Origin: Rhodobacter capsulatus SB 1003
GTDB taxonomy: Bacteria; Pseudomonadota; Alphaproteobacteria; Rhodobacterales; Rhodobacteraceae
Reading direction: 5' to 3'
NCBI RefSeq assembly: GCF_000021865.1
Contig: NC_014034.1
Span: forward strand, 3,150,001 to 3,182,000
Length of the DNA stretch: 32,000 nt
The notes below the pieces were generated by a model. That model saw only the letters and a list, made by a program, of their open reading frames with translations, did not search any database and had not been told where the DNA came from. Below are positions 28,508-32,000 of this stretch, one piece after another. The position numbers were made by a program, and so were the translations under genes. How positions within the stretch are numbered: the first letter of the stretch is position 1; each line of letters opens with the position of its first letter.

Positions 28508-29608
28508 TCAGGCCGCCAGATCGTGGCGCAGGATCGCCGCTTCCGAGGCGCTCAGCATGCGCCGCGCGAAAGGCCCGTAGGTCATCGGATCGGCCTCGAT
28601 CCCGGGGCACAGCCGCAACAGCGCCTGTCGCTGATCCTCGGCGATGCTCTCGACCTCGGTCGCGGCGGGGTGGAAGCTTTCGGTCTCGACCCCGTTCGCC
28701 CGGATCACCTGATGGCGCGCGAACAGCAGGTGCAGATAGGTGACCTCGGGCAGCCGGGTCGCGACCCGCACCGCGGCGTCATCGACCAGATCGCAGGCCT
28801 GCACCAGCACCTCGGGCTCGTTGAACAGCGCCCGCGCCGCGGCACCGCGCACCAGCACCCGATGCTGCGGCGAGACCAGCAGATCGGCCGCGGGGCGCAG
28901 CAGACCAGGCGCCCCCGCCCGCAGCCGCACCGCCCCAAGTCGCACCGCCCCAAGTCGCACTGGGCGCAGATGCGGCAGCGCGTAAAGCCGGGCCCCGCTC
29001 ATCCGCCGCGATCCGATCCACAAAATCTCCTGCGGGCCGTCATCACGGGTCGAGACCCGGTCGCCGGGCCGCAGCGCCTCGACCGGGCGCGGCCCGGCGG
29101 GCGTGTCGATCAGCGTTCCCGGCGTGAAACAGATCACCCCGGGCGCGGCCAGACGCAGCCCCGCCGGGCGCGGATCGACGCGGCTTTCGACCAGCCACAG
29201 ATCGGTGTCGCGCGGCGGCAGGCCGCCCGCGAACATCAAAAGACGCGCCCGCGCCGCGGGCAGTTCGATCAGCGTGATGTCATAGGCGCGGATCCCGTCG
29301 GTGACGGCAAAGCTTTGATCGGGAAGCTCGGGCAGATCGGCACGGGCGCGAAAGGCGGCGCCGTCGCCACCCTCGATCGCCACGCCCAGAAGGCGGCGCA
29401 CCACCCGGGCGGCGCGCTGGCGCAGCGCCTCGCTGCCCTCGGCCCCGCTCAGGATCAGCAGGTCGGTGGGGCCATCGACCCGCACCGCCTCGCCGCTCCA
29501 GCGCCAGCAGGCGCCGGTTGCAAGGCTCTCGACCGGGGCGCCCGCGGCGCCGTCGATCTCGGTCTGGTCCCACGCGATCACGAAGGTGCCCAGATAGCCC
29601 GGCTTCAT
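28508..29608 (-). CDS. Hint (Hedgehog/intein, bacterial intein-like) domain protein (366 aa)
   Basis: After a ~159-aa N-terminal region of unknown family, the Hint domain starts at Cys160 (CFTPGTLIDTPAGPRPVEALRPGDRVSTRDDGPQEILWIG). It continues to LLVSPQHRVLV...YLHLLFARHQVIRANGVETESF. This matches the Hint_2/BIL pattern common in Rhodobacterales. Confidence 0.8.
   Translation of the reverse strand: MKPGYLGTFVIAWDQTEIDGAAGAPVESLATGACWRWSGEAVRVDGPTDLLILSGAEGSEALRQRAARVVRRLLGVAIEGGDGAAFRARADLPELPDQSFAVTDGIRAYDITLIELPAARARLLMFAGGLPPRDTDLWLVESRVDPRPAGLRLAAPGVICFTPGTLIDTPAGPRPVEALRPGDRVSTRDDGPQEILWIGSRRMSGARLYALPHLRPVRLGAVRLGAVRLRAGAPGLLRPAADLLVSPQHRVLVRGAAARALFNEPEVLVQACDLVDDAAVRVATRLPEVTYLHLLFARHQVIRANGVETESFHPAATEVESIAEDQRQALLRLCPGIEADPMTYGPFARRMLSASEAAILRHDLAA
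28916..28960 (-). repeat. in-frame 15-bp tandem repeat (3 units: 2 perfect, 1 degenerate) inside the Hint domain
   Basis: On the plus strand CGCCCCAAGTCGCAC occurs at 28931-28945 and 28946-28960. A copy with 12/15 identity sits at 28916-28930. Together they encode VRLGA-VRLGA-VRLRA (aa 217-231). Confidence 0.9.
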
Positions 29609-29652
29609 TGCCTGTATGTCCTGCCTCGTTTTATGGACCCTTCGATCCTTGA

Positions 29653-29668
29653 TTAAGCAAAACCTAAC
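29653..29668. promoter_or_regulatory. CtrA-box-like motif upstream of the Hint gene
   Basis: TTAA-GCAAAAC-CTAAC compares with the consensus TTAA-N7-TTAAC, with one mismatch. It lies 45-60 nt upstream of ATG 29608, in an unusually AT-rich intergenic region. Confidence 0.25.
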
Positions 29669-29738
29669 ATGGGTGATTCGCCTTGTGAATCCCCCATTTT
29701 GACCCAGATCAAGGAAAGGACGATCTGGCGCGAAAAAG

Positions 29739-30659
29739 TCAAAAGCGCAGCCGCAGCCGAACCGAGCCGACCAGCTGCCCCTCGGGCTGGCCGACGAATT
29801 CGCGCGAAAGCCAGGTCAGGCCGTAAAACAGCCCGACCCGGCCCAGCCGCGTCGAGATCCCGGCGCGCAGGCGGCTGCGGGTCTGTTCCGGTTGCACGCC
29901 CCAGCCGCCCGGCAGATAAGCGCTGTCGAAGACATGCGCGACATCGGCGCCGAGCACAAAGGCGGTGCCGCCCGCATCGGTGCCGCCGATGCCGAGATGG
30001 CGTTGCCCGGTCACCTCGTCGCGCAGCCACAGCGCCCCCTTCTCGCGCTGCCCGAAGGCCAGATCGGCGCCCAGACGCAGCAGGGTTTCATCGCCCGCCC
30101 GCGCCTCGGCAAAGGGGCGCAGCTCGGCCCGGCCCAGCGCGATCGGCCGGGCGATTTCCGCGCTGACGGTCGGATAGAGATGGTTCGGCAACTGGCTGTC
30201 GGCGGCGCGCGGCCGGGGTTCGCCCAGCAGGTCATGCAGCTGGCGCTGCACCCCGGAAAGGCCGTTCGCCGGGCCGGTCCAGACCACGCCAAGGCCCAGA
30301 TCCGCCTCGGTCTGCGGCGTGGGGGCGAATTGCGTGTGCAGCGAAACCGCGGATTTGCCGACATAGCGCCGATCGCCGCGCAGGCTTTTCAGCCGCGAAG
30401 GCGCGATCACCGCCCCGCTCAGCCGGTATTCCAGGATCTCGAAGGGGCGGCCGGGCAGGCGCCCCTGCCACTCCGGGCCGCGCAGCCACGACAGCGTGTA
30501 AGAGCCGGTCTGCCAGCGGTCCTTGCCGTCGCCAAGCGCATCGTTGTTCAGGAAATGACCAAAGCCCAGCGGCCGGGTCTCGGCGGGGGCGGGGGCGGGG
30601 GCGGGGACAAGGGCCAGCAGGCCAAGCAGGGCAAACGCAAGCGGGATCAGACGCGGCAT
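29739..30659 (-). CDS. LpxR-like (DUF2219) outer-membrane protein, putative lipid A 3-O-deacylase
   Basis: A signal peptide is present (MPRLIPLAFALLGLLALVPAPAPAPA). FLNNDALGDGKDRWQTGSY resembles the N-D-x-f...D-r-x-YT-x-G start of LpxR-family barrels. The C-terminal residue is aromatic (RLRLRF). The protein is 306 aa. Confidence 0.55.
   Translation of the reverse strand: MPRLIPLAFALLGLLALVPAPAPAPAETRPLGFGHFLNNDALGDGKDRWQTGSYTLSWLRGPEWQGRLPGRPFEILEYRLSGAVIAPSRLKSLRGDRRYVGKSAVSLHTQFAPTPQTEADLGLGVVWTGPANGLSGVQRQLHDLLGEPRPRAADSQLPNHLYPTVSAEIARPIALGRAELRPFAEARAGDETLLRLGADLAFGQREKGALWLRDEVTGQRHLGIGGTDAGGTAFVLGADVAHVFDSAYLPGGWGVQPEQTRSRLRAGISTRLGRVGLFYGLTWLSREFVGQPEGQLVGSVRLRLRF
30585..30606. repeat. 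(GGGGGC)3-GGGG hexanucleotide repeat / G-quadruplex-type motif
   Basis: The plus strand reads GGGGGCGGGGGCGGGGGCGGGG. On the minus strand it encodes the PAPAPAPA stretch at the end of the LpxR-like signal peptide. Confidence 0.9.
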
Positions 30660-30750
30660 GGGGCTCCAGAGGGCGGAGAGGAAGGGTTAACCCGGGTATC
30701 ACGCCGAATTCCGGCGAAACTGCGACGCGGGCGTGACATCCGGCCCGGGC

Positions 30751-31230
30751 TCAGGGCGCGGCGATCAGATCCCGGGCCAGACCGCCCGAGACCGTCAGCG
30801 CCGCCTCGGGGGTCAGCCGCACCATCAGCCCCCGCTTGCCGCCATTGACGACGATCTGCGCCTGCCCCAGCGCCGCGGCTTCAAAGGCCACCGGCACCCG
30901 TTTCTTCTGGCCAAAGGGCGAGATCCCCCCGGTGTGAAAGCCGGTCAGCCGCTCGGCCTTGTCGGCGGGCATCATCGCCGCCGCCTTGGCCCCGAAGGCC
31001 GCCGCGACCTTTTTCATCGACAGCGTGCAATCCGACGGGATCACCGCGCAGGCGGGCTTGCCGTCGACCTCGACCATCAGCGTCTTCAGCACCTCGGCGG
31101 GATCGGCGCCAATCGCCGCCGCCGCATGCAGGCCGATCTTGTCCTGCCCGGCGACGTAATCATATTCGATCCGCTCGAAGGCCACCTTGGCGGCGTCAAG
31201 CGCCCGGGTGGCGGGGGTGGCTGTGCTCAT
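30751..31230 (-). CDS. ybaK: Cys-tRNA(Pro)/Cys-tRNA(Cys) deacylase YbaK
   Basis: ATG 31230 has an AAAGGAGAG SD. The protein is 159 aa. [19 protein letters not shown]...[36 protein letters not shown] match the YbaK/EbsC family. Confidence 0.8.
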   Translation of the reverse strand: MSTATPATRALDAAKVAFERIEYDYVAGQDKIGLHAAAAIGADPAEVLKTLMVEVDGKPACAVIPSDCTLSMKKVAAAFGAKAAAMMPADKAERLTGFHTGGISPFGQKKRVPVAFEAAALGQAQIVVNGGKRGLMVRLTPEAALTVSGGLARDLIAAP

Positions 31231-31380
31231 CGGGCTCTCCTTTCCCCTGTCTTGCCAAGCCCCCTGCCCCACTGTCAACGCCCGGATTCCGTTGCGTCGC
31301 AACCGCAGGATGTCCCGCCTTTGCCGTTGCCAGACACCCCCCACCCGATAGGATTTGACGTCAGGGAAAGGGAGGAAAGG

Positions 31381-32000
31381 ATGCAGATTTCAGAGCGGGT
31401 CTTTGTCGTCACCGGGGGCGGTTCGGGGCTGGGGGCGGCCGTGGCGCGGATGGTGGTTGATGCGGGCGGCAAGGTGGTGATCGTCGATCTGAACGCCGAA
31501 GCGGGCATGGCCATGGCCTCGGATCTGGGCGCGGCCTCGCGGTTTTGCCGCGCCGATGTGACGCAGGAGGGGGACGGCCGCGCCGCCATCGATCTGGCGG
31601 TCTCGGTCTTCGGGCGGCTTGATGCGCTGGTGAATTGCGCGGGCATCGCGCCGGGGGAAAAGATCCTCGGCCGCGAGGGGCCGCACCGGCTGGAGAGTTT
31701 CGCCCGGGCGGTGACGGTGAACCTTGTCGGCACCTTCAACATGCTGCGGCTGGCGGCCGAGGCGATGGCGGGCAATGCCCCCGGCCCGGGCGGCGAGCGC
31801 GGGGTGATCGTCAACACCGCCTCCATCGCGGCCTTTGACGGGCAGATCGGACAGGCGGCCTATGCGGCCTCCAAGGGCGGCGTCGCGGCGCTGACGCTTC
31901 CGGCGGCGCGGGAACTGGCCCGGCACGGCATCCGCGTCGTCACGGTGGCGCCGGGGATCTTTCGCACGCCGATGATGGCGGGGCTGCCGCAGGAGGTGCA
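31381..32000 (+). CDS. SDR-family dehydrogenase, 3-hydroxyacyl-CoA dehydrogenase type-2-like (5' part, runs off the window)
   Basis: This ORF is not in the track because it has no stop in the window. ATG 31381 has GGGAGGAAAGG immediately upstream. [20 protein letters not shown]...NCAGIA...[24 protein letters not shown] shows the TGxxxGxG and YxxxK motifs. Confidence 0.8.
   Translation, partial: MQISERVFVVTGGGSGLGAAVARMVVDAGGKVVIVDLNAEAGMAMASDLGAASRFCRADVTQEGDGRAAIDLAVSVFGRLDALVNCAGIAPGEKILGREGPHRLESFARAVTVNLVGTFNMLRLAAEAMAGNAPGPGGERGVIVNTASIAAFDGQIGQAAYAASKGGVAALTLPAARELARHGIRVVTVAPGIFRTPMMAGLPQEV

Noticed and set aside
31291-31303. 13-nt palindrome GTTGCG-T-CGCAAC in the divergent ybaK/SDR intergenic region as an operator
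   Set aside because: The arms are only 6 bp, in GC-rich DNA. No regulator gene is adjacent and there is no second copy in the window. It could easily arise by chance.

Overview
This is a high-GC alphaproteobacterial chromosome segment with strong GC3 bias. The protein sequences of the F1 ATP synthase operon, ClpA and S4 look Rhodobacter-like. My guess is Rhodobacter capsulatus or a close relative, which is inference only. I resolve 33 protein-coding genes, two of them truncated by the window edges. There is no rRNA, tRNA, CRISPR array, transposase or integrase. Layout: (i) 0.2-9.0 kb is an accessory-looking surface-glycan locus. It holds a complete CMP-sialic/nonulosonic-acid gene set (neuB, neuC, neuA), an SDR plus Gfo/Idh/MocA oxidoreductase pair, a GT25 enzyme and an RgpF-like enzyme. 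It also holds two paralogous DxD glycosyltransferase-like proteins and a small leaderless H-type-lectin-domain protein. (ii) 9.1-13.9 kb is atpHAGDC, the F1 sector only. (iii) 14.2-25.7 kb is mostly housekeeping: methyltransferase, gloB, clpA, an M23 peptidase, rpsD, hisC-tyrC, a DUF2125-like gene and chaC. It also contains an extensin-like/LAS-peptidase gene that changes reading frame. (iv) 25.8-28.3 kb holds an orphan ExbB/MotA-like plus MotB/OmpA-like stator pair in which both partners carry long coiled coils. I consider this the best candidate for an uncharacterised system. (v) 28.5-32.0 kb holds a Hint/BIL-domain protein with an in-frame 15-bp tandem repeat, an LpxR-like outer-membrane protein, ybaK and an SDR. 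Many of the long ORFs in the supplied track are antisense or out-of-frame shadows typical of high-GC DNA, and I rejected them. All family assignments come from motif recognition by eye. No database search was run.
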